A stretch of 63,904 bases of DNA, filler included, from Olpidium bornovanus S191 (taxonomy: Eukaryota; Fungi; Olpidiomycota), in assembly GCA_017911155.1 (NCBI GenBank). It is 23 parts of 23 records of this genome, joined end to end, with 100 filler letters (N's around TTAATTAATTAA, not from the genome) between each part and the next. Parts side by side here need not be neighbours in the genome. Positions count along the whole stretch, not along the records: positions 22,839 to 24,040 come from JAEFCI010011079.1; positions 24,141 to 32,243 come from JAEFCI010010387.1; positions 32,344 to 34,651 come from JAEFCI010005496.1; positions 34,752 to 38,451 come from JAEFCI010001264.1; positions 38,552 to 40,157 come from JAEFCI010007675.1; 18 more parts are not named here. One strand, written 5' to 3'. The notes below the pieces were generated by a model. It worked only from the letters and a program-made list of their open reading frames with translations. It was not told the DNA's origin and searched no databases. Numbering within the stretch: position 1 is the first letter of the stretch; every line of letters starts with the position of its first letter. The position numbers and the translations under genes were made by a program. Positions 22,739 through 39,595 of this stretch are shown here, one piece after another.

Positions 22739-24593
22739 NNNNNNNNNNNNNNNNNNNNNNNNNNNNNNNNNNNNNNNNNNNNTTAATTAATTAANNNNNN
22801 NNNNNNNNNNNNNNNNNNNNNNNNNNNNNNNNNNNNNNGAGGGAAAAGAAAAACAGCTAGAACGAGGGCGTGGCCGGGGAACACACGCTCCTTTCGCGCC
22901 GTCCGCAACCACCCCCGTACAGTCGATGTCGGATTTTTCCAGGCCAGTTTCGAGAGGAGCGCCAGCGAAAGAACTCGCTCGACGGGAGCAGTTTTTTCAA
23001 TGAACTCGTAGTTCCCCGGAAGGCCGCAATTGTGCGAGTTAGCAAAATTTACAGGAAAGGTTATGCTTTATCCCCCCCCCCGCCGCCGCCTTTCACTGTT
23101 CCCGCAGTTCGGCGGCCTTAAATTCAAACGGATCGCGCCCCGCGGAGGTCCTGTTGAGAATTTGGAGGGGGGCGGCGGGGATACCTTGTTTACCCCAGGC
23201 CGGCCCCTCTCCCGAGGCAAACGCAGAGAAGTCGGACCTCTCGGGTCGGGCATGCATCAGCACGGCACCTAGTTATCCAGCTGACGCATACGTGCCTTCA
23301 AATCGCCACGGGTGCTCCGTCTGCGGCTCGTGAGGAGGGTGGGAGAGGCCCCGTTGGCGTTAAGCAGAGGCATCTGAGGATCACCGCGGGAGGTCGGTGT
23401 CCGGCCGAGCGGCCGCTTCCCCCGGGACGCCACCAGAAAGAAGGGCAGACATTTCGCCTTCCGCACCCCGCCCGTTTTGCTCTCCTCCCCAGCGCTCGCG
23501 CCGTCCGCGCGACCGACGCTCTTTCCCGCCTAATCAAACGCGGGCAAAAAAGGAACAAAAAAGGCCGCGCGGCACGCGAAGAAAAAATGCCGTTTTCGCC
23601 GCCCCCAGACCCAACCCCTCCCCCCTCCGCCTCCTCCGCGCGCGCCGCCGCCGAGTGCACAGTCTCCCGCGCCGAATTCCCTGCTTTTTCCTTTCGTTTT
23701 CTAAAACGCCAGATGACCGCGCGGGCGGGGGAGCCCGAAGGGCAAACGCGAATCTCACGCGAACTTCTCCCCGCCCCCCGGAAGCGCGGCCACGTTCCTC
23801 GCGTCCGAAACTAGACGACCGCGAGGCGCCTCGCCGCGTTTTGAGCGCCCCGCCTGCCGCCGACTTCCCGTTCACTTCTCTTTTGCCTCGTTTTGAACAT
23901 TCCCCGAACTCTTCTTCGGCATCCCGACCGATCGGCTCATCTTTCTCGCGCGTCCTCCCGCCCGCCTGACATCCCACGCTCTCGCCCGCGCTCCCTCCGT
24001 CTTTCCTCCGCTCCCCTCGCTTCCTCCCTCCACACGCTCCNNNNNNNNNNNNNNNNNNNNNNNNNNNNNNNNNNNNNNNNNNNNTTAATTAATTAANNNN
24101 NNNNNNNNNNNNNNNNNNNNNNNNNNNNNNNNNNNNNNNNATATGTCGCCTCCTTCAACGCCGTTGTTGACGACAACGACGACGACGGCGTGAAAAACTC
24201 TGGGAAGTCCGTTTCGGGCAGGAGGGACTCCGCCGGAATTGCCGACGGCGACTTCAACATGCCCGCCGACTCTTGAGGTATAAGAAAGCAAATTTTATGT
24301 CTTTGATTTCCTGTGATTCTGTGTACAAAATGCGATGGATGCGAGAAAACAAAAAAAAAAAAAAATGCCTGACTTCCTGCCAACGAGAACAGATACATTA
24401 TAAATTATGCTATAGAAAACGCCGGCTGGGCGGGGGAAGGTTGGGGCGACGGGAAAAAAAGGGAGGGAGACTTGTGATCGTATCGATAATGCGCACGGGG
24501 AAAAAGGAAGGGCGAAGGAGCACGATGTATCAAATGGAAGTCCATGAGTTGCGCTCCAGAAGAGATCTGGTGGCTGCATGCGTAGCAAGGACG

Positions 24594-28365
<3,772 letters not shown>

Positions 28366-30642
28366 CTAAACCTGCAAGCAGGAACCGATCGACGGGTTAT
28401 CGGACCGGAACAAGGACGTTCGGCCGGCGCCTCGTTGTGCTCGCGCGCGACTGGGCGGGAAAACAGAAGCAGCAGGGTGCCGAGCCTTTCGTCAACCTTG
28501 CGATCACGCGGAGTGGCTGTGGGGGGACGAGGGGGAAGGTGCGCCTCCGACCGTGCCTGCGTCGCCGGGCCGTTTCGCGTTCGTGCAAGTCTTTCTTTTT
28601 TTTTCCCTTCTTTTCGAAATGCTCCTTTCTGGGGAAAAAGGGCTCTCGTTCGTTTTTCCTGCCGGCCCAGCCGACCAACCAAAACCAACCAGCCAAACCA
28701 ACCCCAACCAACCAGCCCCGGCCACCAACCACCCACTCTGTGCGCGGGTGCTCTGGTTTTCCTCTCGGGCGGCGGGCGGGCGGCCGGTCGGCGGGGAGTA
28801 GAGAGAGACAAAGAGAAGGGGAGAGAGAGAGAGAGAAAGAGAGAGAGACAGACACCCGACCGCGCGGGGATGGTGTACCCTGGGCGGGTTTCCGGAGCCG
28901 CGTTTATTGGGCGGAGGGTTGGTTGTGTGTGGTCTTGGTGGTGGTGGTGGTGCCCTTCTCGCCCCCTCCCCCCCCCTGCAAAACCAGATAGGCCGCCTCC
29001 GCCCGCCGCCGCCGCCGGCGGCCCCGAGGAGATTGCCATCGCAGCTTACGCGGACGGCAGCCCGTCCTCCCGGCTTCCCGTCGTGTCCCTCGCATCTGGG
29101 GCCGGTCTGCGAAAACACCCGGGGCCCCCGACACAACATCGCAGGGGCGGGTGACACCAACCCCCCCCCCCCTCCTTCCCCCCACCCTCGCATCCCGCGT
29201 TCTCCGTCACTCTGTCTTGCGGGAAAAACAGAAATACTGCGCTGCTCTCGCCGCGCTGCACGCCTATACCCGGCGCCTCCGCGATTCCGGAGTCTTTTAC
29301 CGTGCTGATCAAGGGCCCCGCTGCGCTTACGTAGCCTGCATTCACAATTGTGGAAGAAAAGGGGAAACGACCTGTAAGGGGAAACCGCCCGTTTCATTAT
29401 TACAAGTCCCGTCTCACTTTCACTTGGAAGTACGTCGCTCGTGTCCGTTGAGCATCAGATGGGCAGTATCCGAGATGGCACGGGAAGCACCCCGCAGCAG
29501 CCTAGTACTGTGTATCTCAAGTTTACCTCTGCTCGAGACTTGACTGGTGCCACGTTGGTTTGCGGGCCTAGGTTGAGGGGTCTCCAGACCGTTGCCTCGG
29601 GTTCATAATCAGCCTACATTTTCTGTCTCCATTCGCTTTTTTACCGCAGCAGCAATCACGGGACAGTTCCTGTCTCAAGAGCGCTTTTTGATGACCGGAC
29701 GACGGCAATACTAACGTGGAGAATCACTTTTCGTTTTCCGTCCAACTTTTTATCCGGGCGCCCTCGTGCCTTCCGCTGCTCCCGTTGCGCATTGCGCAGC
29801 CCGACGTTTGGGCGTCGTTGAAGTGGAAAGTTCTTGTGCCGGTATCCGCAAAACAGAATAATCACCCGTGGAATCGCCCCGGCCGACCGGGCATGCGCGG
29901 ATGCGCATGGCTTCGGATGTGTCCATCGCAGGTTCGAAGAACCGGAAGGACGTTATGACCCTGGGACGGCGGATGGAAGTAGATGGCGGTTGCCAAGCGA
30001 CCAACCCTCTGCAGGAAAAACGAGCAAAACGAATCGGACGGGGAAGGAATTCTCCCGACTGCAGACGCGGCCGGTTCGGGCGGAGCCGGCGATACAATAC
30101 TGTATTCGCATTTCGGGCATCGAGAAGCGTACGTACTAATGTTTTCGAATTTGGAGTCAATGCCGCACATTATACGTAATCATATACTAGTGTTGATATA
30201 TTTGGAGATATTGGATGATATGTGTACAATCGGTTCCGCCGTGGGTTTGAAAGGGCGATCATCCGCCGGCGCAGAATCTGACACACCTCTCTCTTTCCTC
30301 TTGTAGCGAGATGGCGGACAGCAACCGTTCCCCACACTGTAATTGGAAAGAGGGCAGCAGAATAAATGTGAGGCCGAGACAATTGTCGAACGACGAGGTT
30401 TGCCTTCAGATCGGCGCAGTCGGGGTAGCCGGGTGATCGCAGCTTGCAGGCAGTGCAACAGCGACTTGTCTGGACAAATCAAAACGACCAACAAAATGGC
30501 TAACGTTTCGGGGCGTTTTCGCTGAGTCGTAGGAAAGGGAGCCGAGTTCGTGGCGAGACGGTGCCCGCGAGAACTAAAAAAAAAAGAGAAGGAACAACGA
30601 GATGTTGCCACGCAATAACATATTCACATTGCACGAAATTGG

Positions 30643-31375
30643 TTAGGCAGCGCCATCGGCCGCCGCATTCGCCGACTTTGAATCGTAGAGGAAAAGCCAG
30701 CGCGAAACTTTCGAGCCAGGGCGCCTGACTTCGGCGCCCGTGACGGGCTTCCACCCGGGAAGAGAGTAATCGATCGTGACGACCCTTGCCCGCGGGTCCG
30801 CCGCACGCAACCACTTCGCCAGCACCGGCGCCTGCCGCGCCATGCCGGTCGGCAGAACGTACAATACCGCGACTGTGGCGCACAGGTCGGCAAGGTGGAC
30901 AGTGGCCATGTCTGAGTGCAGAACCCGCACGCGGCCCGACAGGTCGGCCGCCCGCACGCTGTCCGCAGCATACCGCGCTAGGTCCGGGTCAAGCTCCACA
31001 CCCACGCACATCCGGGGCGGCGGCGACCGGCGGCAGCAGGCAAAAAGGATGCGGCCGTCGCCGCACCCTGGTTTTACGTTGGGTTTTTTTTTTTTTTTTT
31101 TTTTGCGGACAAAGGGCGTTTGTGCCAGCGCAGCACGCGCACGCGGCGAAACCGGGTAGCGCGCAGACTTCAGGTCAGCCGATCGCAGGTAGTTAATCAT
31201 CGAAAGCCCCCCGAAGATGCCCCGATTCTGGATCCTCCGATCTGCATACCCAGATCCACGACCACGTCTTCGGCCCTAACGTCCGCGAGATCCAGGCACG
31301 CTTCGATGACGTGTTTTGGACACGGAACGTAAGGGGCGACAAATGACGACGACTTCGAAAACTCGGCCGAGTTGG
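30643..31375 (-). CDS. Class I SAM-dependent methyltransferase (FAM173/ANTKMT-like); 5' exon(s) not resolved
   Basis: FVAPYVPCPKHVIEACLDLADVRAEDVVVDLG|CGDGRILF...VGVELDPDLARYA...VLYVL...RVVTIDYSLPGW. Intron 31249-31068 (GT-AG) splits the DLGCGDG motif. Confidence 0.85.
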
Positions 31376-32850
31376 CTGCGTAACCAATAATTCCGGATTT
31401 GATTTCAGTTCTCGCACGAAGAAGGTTGCAACGGGAAAAGCGACTCTGTCACATTCAGACACAAACATTTCGGAATGACTGGTAGATCTGTTAGCTCCGA
31501 GAACGGGCAGGCCTTCTGTCCGCTGGTCAGGGCCAACCCATTTAGTTCCTTTCCAGGCGTCGATGGTTCTGTCCCAAACTTTGGTATTACGGGCGGTTTT
31601 GGCGGTTTCTCTTCGAGGCAAAACTCGTCCGTAGGAGGGCTCGCCCGGCTTTGCCACAGCCAAAACTGTCTGCGTCGAGGCCGGTGCAGCGCTTGATAAC
31701 CAGACATGCAGAAGGGCCCGATCTAAGGATTTAGGCCTGCTTCTGCCGGCGCTCGTAGCGCCGCGAGCAGCAATTTTGGAAAGGATGGGGGTGGCCCTGC
31801 AACGCCTGGACGTTTTTTGAGGCGCGCGGTCTTCTCCCTTCCCAGGCCCTTTCCGCCCAAACCGCCGCCGACGCGTTTTATTTTTTTTCAGTTCGCCTCT
31901 GCGCCTGCCCCGAGGGGGCAGGGAATGTTTGCCCCACAGAAACCCCCCCGCTCGACAGCACGGAAACGCCATGTTAAAGTGGGTTCCGGAAGCGTCGAAC
32001 AAGCGCCCCGCGTGCGGTCACTTCGGCTTCCCTCGTCCCCTTCGCGTAATGAAGAACGCGGCCGGAAACGGGCGAGAATTTGTGGCGTTCCCGTTCTTCT
32101 CGCTTCGGTTCGTAGGGAGTATACGAAATTTGGCGATCGACGCGACGGTTTGCACACGATTAGATAACAGGGAAAGGAAAAATATAAATGGCGTCGCCCC
32201 TGTGCGGGTCCACGTTGGCAGCGTACGTGTACTAGCATACATGNNNNNNNNNNNNNNNNNNNNNNNNNNNNNNNNNNNNNNNNNNNNTTAATTAATTAAN
32301 NNNNNNNNNNNNNNNNNNNNNNNNNNNNNNNNNNNNNNNNNNNCACGGAACGGGAAACCGTGCGCTCGGGACGGAAAAGAAGAGGACGACGAACGGCGAT
32401 CGGCGCACGGGGTGACCGAAAAACAGGCGGGTGACCTTCCTGCATACTGCGGCTCGTGTCATGTGATTATTATGCTAGTACACTCGAACAGTTAAACCGG
32501 AAAAGTCGCCAAACGGCACCGCAAGAACCACTATGCGCCCGCAAAATTTTACATCGTTTTTTAATAAAACTTTCCTTTTTTGTGTCATTTCTACGTGTAA
32601 GGATGGATAATCTTCAGTGGGTAAAAGTGAGGAAAGGTCAGCACAAAATGCACTCGGAGCGTGCGTCCGGGCAAAAATTTGCATCGGGACGAGCGGGAAA
32701 TGACGCAACGCCCGGAGAGGGAGGCAAAGCGTACGGGCGCAGAAAAGAACCTTTCGGGAACGATGATATGGGGTTTACCCGGGATGTGCTAAGATGTTAG
32801 GCCGAATGCACGGGTCGCGACGGATACCCGGAAAATGCAGTCATCTCTTC

Positions 32851-34161
32851 TTAGAGGCTCGCTTGCTTGGTTGCCGTCTCCTTGGCTTCTTCCCATAGGG
32901 TCTTTCCCGAGCACGCGCAGACGACCTTGGTATTTTCGAAGAGACCTGCCGACCGGGCGATGATGCCGCCAAGCACGCCTGCGCCTTTCTCCCACGCGTT
33001 CGCATTCTTCGGGATGCGGCGCAGCTCGGCGATGACGAGGCTGCGCCCGATGACGTCGTAGACACCAAAGCGTGTCGTCTCTGTGAACGCGTTGGCGCGG
33101 CCGTTTGCGTCAACAAGTATCGTGGCGACGTCGCCCGCGTGGTTGTGCCGTGGGTCCCGCGGGACGGCCTCGTTTTCGCCCGGACGTCGACCGTTCGCCG
33201 CCGACTTGCAAACTGGAGGCGAGGAGGAGGGCATGTCGAAACAGTCGCCCGTGCTCTTGGGCCCGTGCGTGAAATCGCCGAGTTCGTGCACGCACAGGGC
33301 GTGCGGTCCTGGAGCCAACCCTTCCACCGTCACGTCGATCAGACACAAATTCTTGTCCACCTGCACGAATCGTGCCAGCCCTTTGGGTTGCCGCGGCTGC
33401 AACGGAGCCGCCGTCCCCGCCCACTCGTCGAAGATGCACACCGCTGCGCCGATGTTTTCACCTGTAACATGAGGTAGATAAAAAAAAAAATCAGCGTGAA
33501 ACGAGGCGACTAGGCCGGAGGGAGTGGGGAGAAAACGTACTGTAGGCCGACCCTTGTCCTCTCACTATCACCGTCCGGCCCGTTTCCTTCAGCTTGTTAT
33601 ACACTTCTGACGGGGCAGCTATTCAGGTCCGCAGCGTGAGCGGCGAGAAAGCTTCGGAAGTCGAAAATTTAGTGGCCCACGGGGGTGCTCCTGCTTCTCA
33701 AGCACTCTGTCTCACCACTGCCTTCAACCAGAACAGTTTTCTTCTCCAGATCAATGTCAAAACTGCGGAGCCCTGCGCGGGGAACATGCCGAGGTGAGGC
33801 TAAACTGGCTTTCCCCGACCTAAGCAATTTCGAACCGCGCGGCGGCTTCTTTTCGACCCGCACCTGGTATGGCCTTCAAGACTCGCGCGACATCCTCTGT
33901 GCAGGAGTCGCATTTCATGTCAACGCTCAGCTCGATCTTCAGGTCTCTCTGCAGATGCGAAGACTCGACGCCGGTGAGTGATTTCGACGAGAGCGGAACG
34001 AAGCGGGCCGACAGCTCGGGGAAGAAAGCAGTGGCGGCAGGAGAGGGCGGCTTGCGCCCTCCTCTTTTCCTTTAGCGAGAGAAAACTCGGAAGTCGCCGG
34101 TGACCGTGGGGAACGGCGAAGTTCGCGCGGTGCAGCGGCGCCGCAGCCCTCAACGCACCAT
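32851..34161 (-). CDS. CCS1: Copper chaperone for superoxide dismutase (HMA domain, SOD-like domain, C-terminal CxC)
   Basis: M|RDLKIELSVDMKCDSCTEDV (MxCxxC); AVCI..GLARFVQV..IDVTVEGL..H..VHELGD..GDV..VIGRSLV..GIIARSAGLFENTKVVCACSGKTLWEE. Confidence 0.95.
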
Positions 34162-36049
34162 GGCTGCTTTTCCCGGGAGTTAAGACGCCTCGTTCTTTTT
34201 TTTTTTTTTGATGCTTTTCTTCTGGTAGTTGCGACGCCCTTTGCTGATAAATTTCTTTTTTTTTTTCTTTTTAAACCTCGCGCGAGGGTGGCGGTGGGGG
34301 CGGCGGTCCTCCGACTTTTTTTTTGGCAAGGCACCGTGGCGCCCTGTTCACATGCACCTTGTCACGCGATATCTCATGCTCACTAGGCGAATTTGTTCAT
34401 CGATCAAGGAAGGAGAATCCCGGAGGAATACGGATCTCTGTCTATCATCCATTTGTGACTTCAGGCCAATCTCATTCTTCGTAATTTTATTTTGTCCCCT
34501 TATGTAGAGTTGTCCGTTGACACGGCCCCGCATGTACACCCAGTTTCCCCCATCTGCGCCAAACAAAAGCGTGTTAGGCAGGCTGCTACTTCTCCACTCC
34601 TGTGCTTTTTTTTCACACGGGCTCTATGCTTGGTTTGTTTTTTCGCTTTAGNNNNNNNNNNNNNNNNNNNNNNNNNNNNNNNNNNNNNNNNNNNNTTAAT
34701 TAATTAANNNNNNNNNNNNNNNNNNNNNNNNNNNNNNNNNNNNNNNNNNNNCATGTGTATAAAAAGACGTAGATTCTCGCAACTCTGGATCCGTGCAATT
34801 CACAAAATCTTAATCTCAATAGCGCACCAAGCCACGAGCTGCGCGGGCTCCGAGGGTGTCAACGTCTCGAGGTCGAACCATTCCGCATTGTCCCTGGAAC
34901 CCACTCCAGGCCATTGCTACGCAAAAGCTCATTTTTTATTTCAACTTCCGTTCGCCAACGCGTTCTGCATCTGCTGTAAGACGGAAGTCGCAAAATCCGC
35001 AGGTGGTTTTCGGTATACAGCGATCCGTGACGCGTTTACGCGTACGAGATCGTCGTAAAAAATTGCGTCTTGAAGTTGGTACCGACGAGGCTCGTGGCTT
35101 CATCTTCCGTTTCGTCGTTCGGATTTATTCGCAAGCGCCGGCAGACGGGAATGAATGGTTGTCACACGAATCAGACTCGTCAAGTTTACCGGTTCGTCCA
35201 CAATGTCATCGCCAAATGCCAACGTTCAGCTGTCCGGGTTGCGGCTTGGCTGTTAGCAAGCGTCGGGAAACGGGCGTGACGTCTAACAAGCAGAATCTGA
35301 CACGGCTACTTACCGCGTTGCCGGTCCTCGGCCTTTAGTTATGAACTCTCGGCCTCCCCTGCGGCCGGTTGCAGTATGTTAGCGAAGAACGCGTTAACGC
35401 GGGCCAAACGGGAGTGAGACGATCAAGCGACGTACGTTCGTTGGCGAGGCCGGGGGTTGGTCGTCTTTCCACCGCTTCGGCGGCATCCGCGCGTCCGATA
35501 ACGGCGTCGGTCGACGGCAGAACTAGACAGCCCCGCCCGCCTCCGTCTCACTTATTCGTCGAAAATAAACACAGTTCGCCTGCCGCTTCTCCGCTGCCAC
35601 GGAGATTAAAAAAAAAAAAAAAAAAAAAACCAGGTGCGCCGGCGGCCAGCTCTTCCCCCCACTTCTTCCGCCACCAAAACGAAAAAAAAGGCGCGCCGTC
35701 AGCTGAAAAAAAAAAAAAAAAAATTCACGGTAAGTCGACGTCTGCGTCCTCACCTTGACGTAGAGGTCTGCTTTGTTCTGCTAGAATAGGCGGCTTACCA
35801 CCGTGGCGCCCCGTGCCTTGGTCTTTTCATAGCCCTAGATTTAACAAGACATCCCGTTTCTGTATCTCCTCTGCAGCGGCGCGTGCTGGTGGGGTAGAGC
35901 GAAGGAGTTGCCTTAGGTTCCGACATGTCGAGGATGTGGCGTGGGAGGTTGCGAAACCCTGCCGACTCGCTATTTGGCTGTTTCTCCGCGTCGCGCTTTT
36001 CGTCCAACCAGGACTTCGTTGAACGTCACCTGGCTGGGTACACGGCAAA

Positions 36050-38420
36050 ATGGCCTCCGCACGCGATCGACTGCTGGCGACACTGGCCGACGCCTCGTCG
36101 CAGCAGCCGGAAAGGCTTAGGGCGGCGGAGGCGCAGCTGAAGGAGTGGGAGGGATCGCCGCATTTTTTGGCCGCTTTACAGGTGAGGAAAGCTCGCCAGC
36201 GGTTTCAACGGTGGGCCACGCTCCACCCCTAGGCAGGTGTGCCTTACTAGTTTTTTTTTTGCCCTATGCGGCGCCGTGGTTCCTACACACCCACCCGTGA
36301 CAGGATATATTTTTGGACCAGAGCGCGGAACAGCGTGTACGCTGGCTGGCGGTGATATATCTCAAGAACCTCATCGACCGATTTTGGAGGAGGACCTCGA
36401 AGGAGTGGGTTTTAATTTGCGGCTCCCGAATTTCCGCTGGGAGACGGCTGACGTCTGCGCGCCGCTTTCGCTCGCCAGAGAAATTGACCACGAGGAGAAG
36501 GCAAAGATCCGCTCACGGCTGCTGCAGCCGCTGAGCGAACCTATCAGCGAGGTGCGGTAAAGACGAAAGAAGATTTGCCTTCCCGGCGTCGTCGAAAAAG
36601 CATCAAGTAATGCAACCGCTGACATTATCTTGTGGTTTGCTTCTACCAGCTCGCGTTGCAGAATGCTGTCCTCGTTTCCAGGATAGCGAGGATTGACTTT
36701 CCGACAGATTGGTACGCAAAGACACATTGAGCGTCTTTCGTGCGGATCGAAACGAGATGACTGCAGGATATATCCGACGTCACTGAAGGTTCCTCACGCA
36801 GCGGGACTTTTTTCGTCTGCCCAGGCCTGACATCTTCCAGAACCTCATTGCGAGCTTTCAAGCCTGTGCAACGATGTCGAACGCGGACATTGCTCGCCGG
36901 ACGGAATACCACGTTTTGCAAACGCTCAACCTTGTCATAAAAGCATTGTGCACAAATCGCCTGCCTTCTGGAAGACGTCTTGTTCAACGGGTCAGAGTGC
37001 CTCTGTCATCTTTGCGTCCGATGATATCCTGCGCATTGACTCTTGCTTTTGCGAAATGCCCGCAATTTTTGTCTGGCGCAGATATCCCCGGATTTGTTGC
37101 AATTCACGTCCGCAATTCACGTAAAGCACTTTAATACTGTTGCACTTCTCGCCGGGGAGAACACCGTCGAGGCGCTGGACAAAGCACAGCAATTCCTTGT
37201 TACGCAGATGTCTTATACGTCACTCAAATGCGTGAGGAGGACTCTGGTTGATGGTTTCACGGACTTTTCGAAGGTGAGCATTGCCGCGCATAGGTGATCT
37301 TAGGGTCACTTGTCATCGACATCCGGGAGCTTTAACTGGCCGTACGGCACTCCGACGACTGTTGCCAACGGCGGACGGTTCGCGTATGCTATCTTAGGTT
37401 CCAGCAGCCATGGAGGTGTACGCTCATCTGTATACGCATTTACAGTCATTGGTGCGTTGGATTTCGCCGGAGTTTAACGAGGCGACAAGGCATTGGGGTG
37501 AGCGCCCGTGTGTCAAAGGGGTAGCATTCTGCAGTGGCATGTTCCTCGTCATAATCTTTCCCCTCAAGATCTGATCCGTGCTCGCACGCTCACAGTTGTC
37601 TTCCGTGACGTGTGCAGCACCCAAATGCAACTTGGCATGGAGTCAAGCACTGCAGAAGCATGTAACTCTTATCGGAAAAGTGTATTTGGATCTTGAAGAG
37701 TACCGATTATGCCAGTTCATCAATGCTCCGGGTACCCTGGAAGTCGTCAGATTCTATTGGGACCTCCTTGTTCGAGAAAGTTCCAAGCTCGGCCCTCCCT
37801 CTGTGCTAAATGGTAAAATGGAGCTCTAGTTGGCGGAATCCACATGGATCGGGCCAGCCAGACCAAGTTGATACGTTTTTCCTTCTGTTCCAGGCAACTC
37901 GGGACCGCTGGTTTTCGATAAACTTCTGCTACAGGCGCTGCAAATTCTGAAAGGAGTAATCAGGGCCGGCGGTTTCACCGTCGTTCTAGGCGGTTTGTTT
38001 CCAAACTGGTGCGGCATAATGTAAAAAAGCCATATCACATATTAATGCGTCTCTTTTCAGCAGGGAATCCGGAAGAGGAGGCGAAAGCTGCCGAGCGGAC
38101 AGTTCGCATGGGCCTGCTTACCCCTGAGTTCCTCACTGCGTGCGCGGAAATCCTTGTGACGAGGTACATGGTTATTCGACCGCAAGATCTGGAAGCTTGG
38201 AGTACGGACCCAGAGAGCGCGGACGACGCGGAGCACTGGGAATTCGACCTTCGCGTGGGTTCTGCATAGTTTTTTGTCGTCCGCCGACGGAACCTTCGTG
38301 CTAACACAGCCGACGGAAACGGAATAAAGTCATGCGCGGAAAACGTCTTCCTAGATCTTTTTGCGCGGAACCGCGAATTGCTTGCGCCGTGTATAATCAA
38401 AATGCTGGAGAGCGTGTCTG
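36050..38420 (+). CDS. KAP120: Importin-11/Kap120 karyopherin, 3' truncated
   Basis: IBN_N region RAAEAQLKEWEGSPHFLAALQ|DIFLD..VRWLAVIYLKNLIDRFWRR; LALQNAVLVSRIARIDFPTDW; NRLPSGRR; LVTRYMVIRPQDLEAWSTDPE. Confidence 0.88.
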
Positions 38421-38551
38421 GTGCGTTCCGCTAGTCCAACCCGCAACACACNNNNNNNNNNNNNNNNNNNNNNNNNNNNNNNNNNNNNNNNNNNNTTAAT
38501 TAATTAANNNNNNNNNNNNNNNNNNNNNNNNNNNNNNNNNNNNNNNNNNNN

Positions 38552-39595
38552 CACGACCTCGTCCAAAGAAGAGCAAGAGCTCAACGCCGCGATCGCCAAC
38601 GTGCTCATCGAGGAGGCCGGGTGCCCGCCGGAAGCGTTGGCCGTCGTGAGGCGGGCGTTCCAAAGGGACATGATCGACCTGCTTAAATGTTCCGAATGGG
38701 GAACATACGTAAGCGCGCATCAGGTTGATCTGTCGGCCCGATTTGCGCAGCAACGTGTTTGATGGGCTCCCATGGTTTGTTTCCTTGCAAAAGTACCGCC
38801 GCTTTGCTGGACTCAATAGGGTCTCCAGCAGTTTTCTCTTCGCTTGTGTCGACCTCGCGTTGTCATACCGAACGGTAAGATTTCGGATTTTTTCTTTCAA
38901 AAAGTAAAATTAAAAAAAAGACCTCAGAGCACGAAAACCTTTTCGGATCCACAAAAGATTACCGACAGACGCCCGTGTTTTTTTTGTTTGTTATATTTTC
39001 ATTTGTTTATTTTTGGTTATACGTTTATTTTTTCCCTTTTCGCTGCGGGCGTCAGAGCCTGATCCTCCGCGCCCGCAGCGAGCTGCTGACGCGCCGCCGG
39101 CACGCGATGATCCGCAATTCGGGCCGCTTCGCGCCGGCGCCGCCCGTGCAGCCGCTGGCCAAGTGCGCCAACTACCTCTGCGACGTGCTCACCGTCGACG
39201 GCGGCCCGCTCTCGGAGCTCCCGGTCCCGTGCGCGAAGCGCTGCGGGGACGCCCGGTACTGCTCGGAGCAGTGCCGGGCGGACGACTCCCGGGCCCATTT
39301 GGCGGTCTGCGGCTGGCTGCCGCCCGCCCCGCCCGAACAAGTCTCCGCGGCCGGGGAACACTACCCGGGCCGGCGCTGCGCCAGCTGCCTCCTCCGCGAG
39401 ATTGACGCGGCGCGGCTGGAACCGGGATCGCGCCCCAGGAAGTTCCAGAGGTGCGCGCGGTGCAAAAAGTTCGTCTACTGCTCCGTCGAATGCCAGGTGT
39501 TTGCGTGGACAAAAGGCGGACACAGGCAGCAATGCGTGCCGAAAAAGGGGAAAGGCGAAGACGGAAAACCCGGATCGGAAATGGGGCGTGATTGA
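38552..39595 (+). CDS. Protein with two C-terminal MYND-type zinc fingers, 5' truncated
   Basis: CANYLC...CAKRCGDARYCSEQCRADDSRAHLAVC and CASC...CARCKKFVYCSVECQVFAWTKGGHRQQC*. Upstream exons are bounded by GT-AG. Confidence 0.8.
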
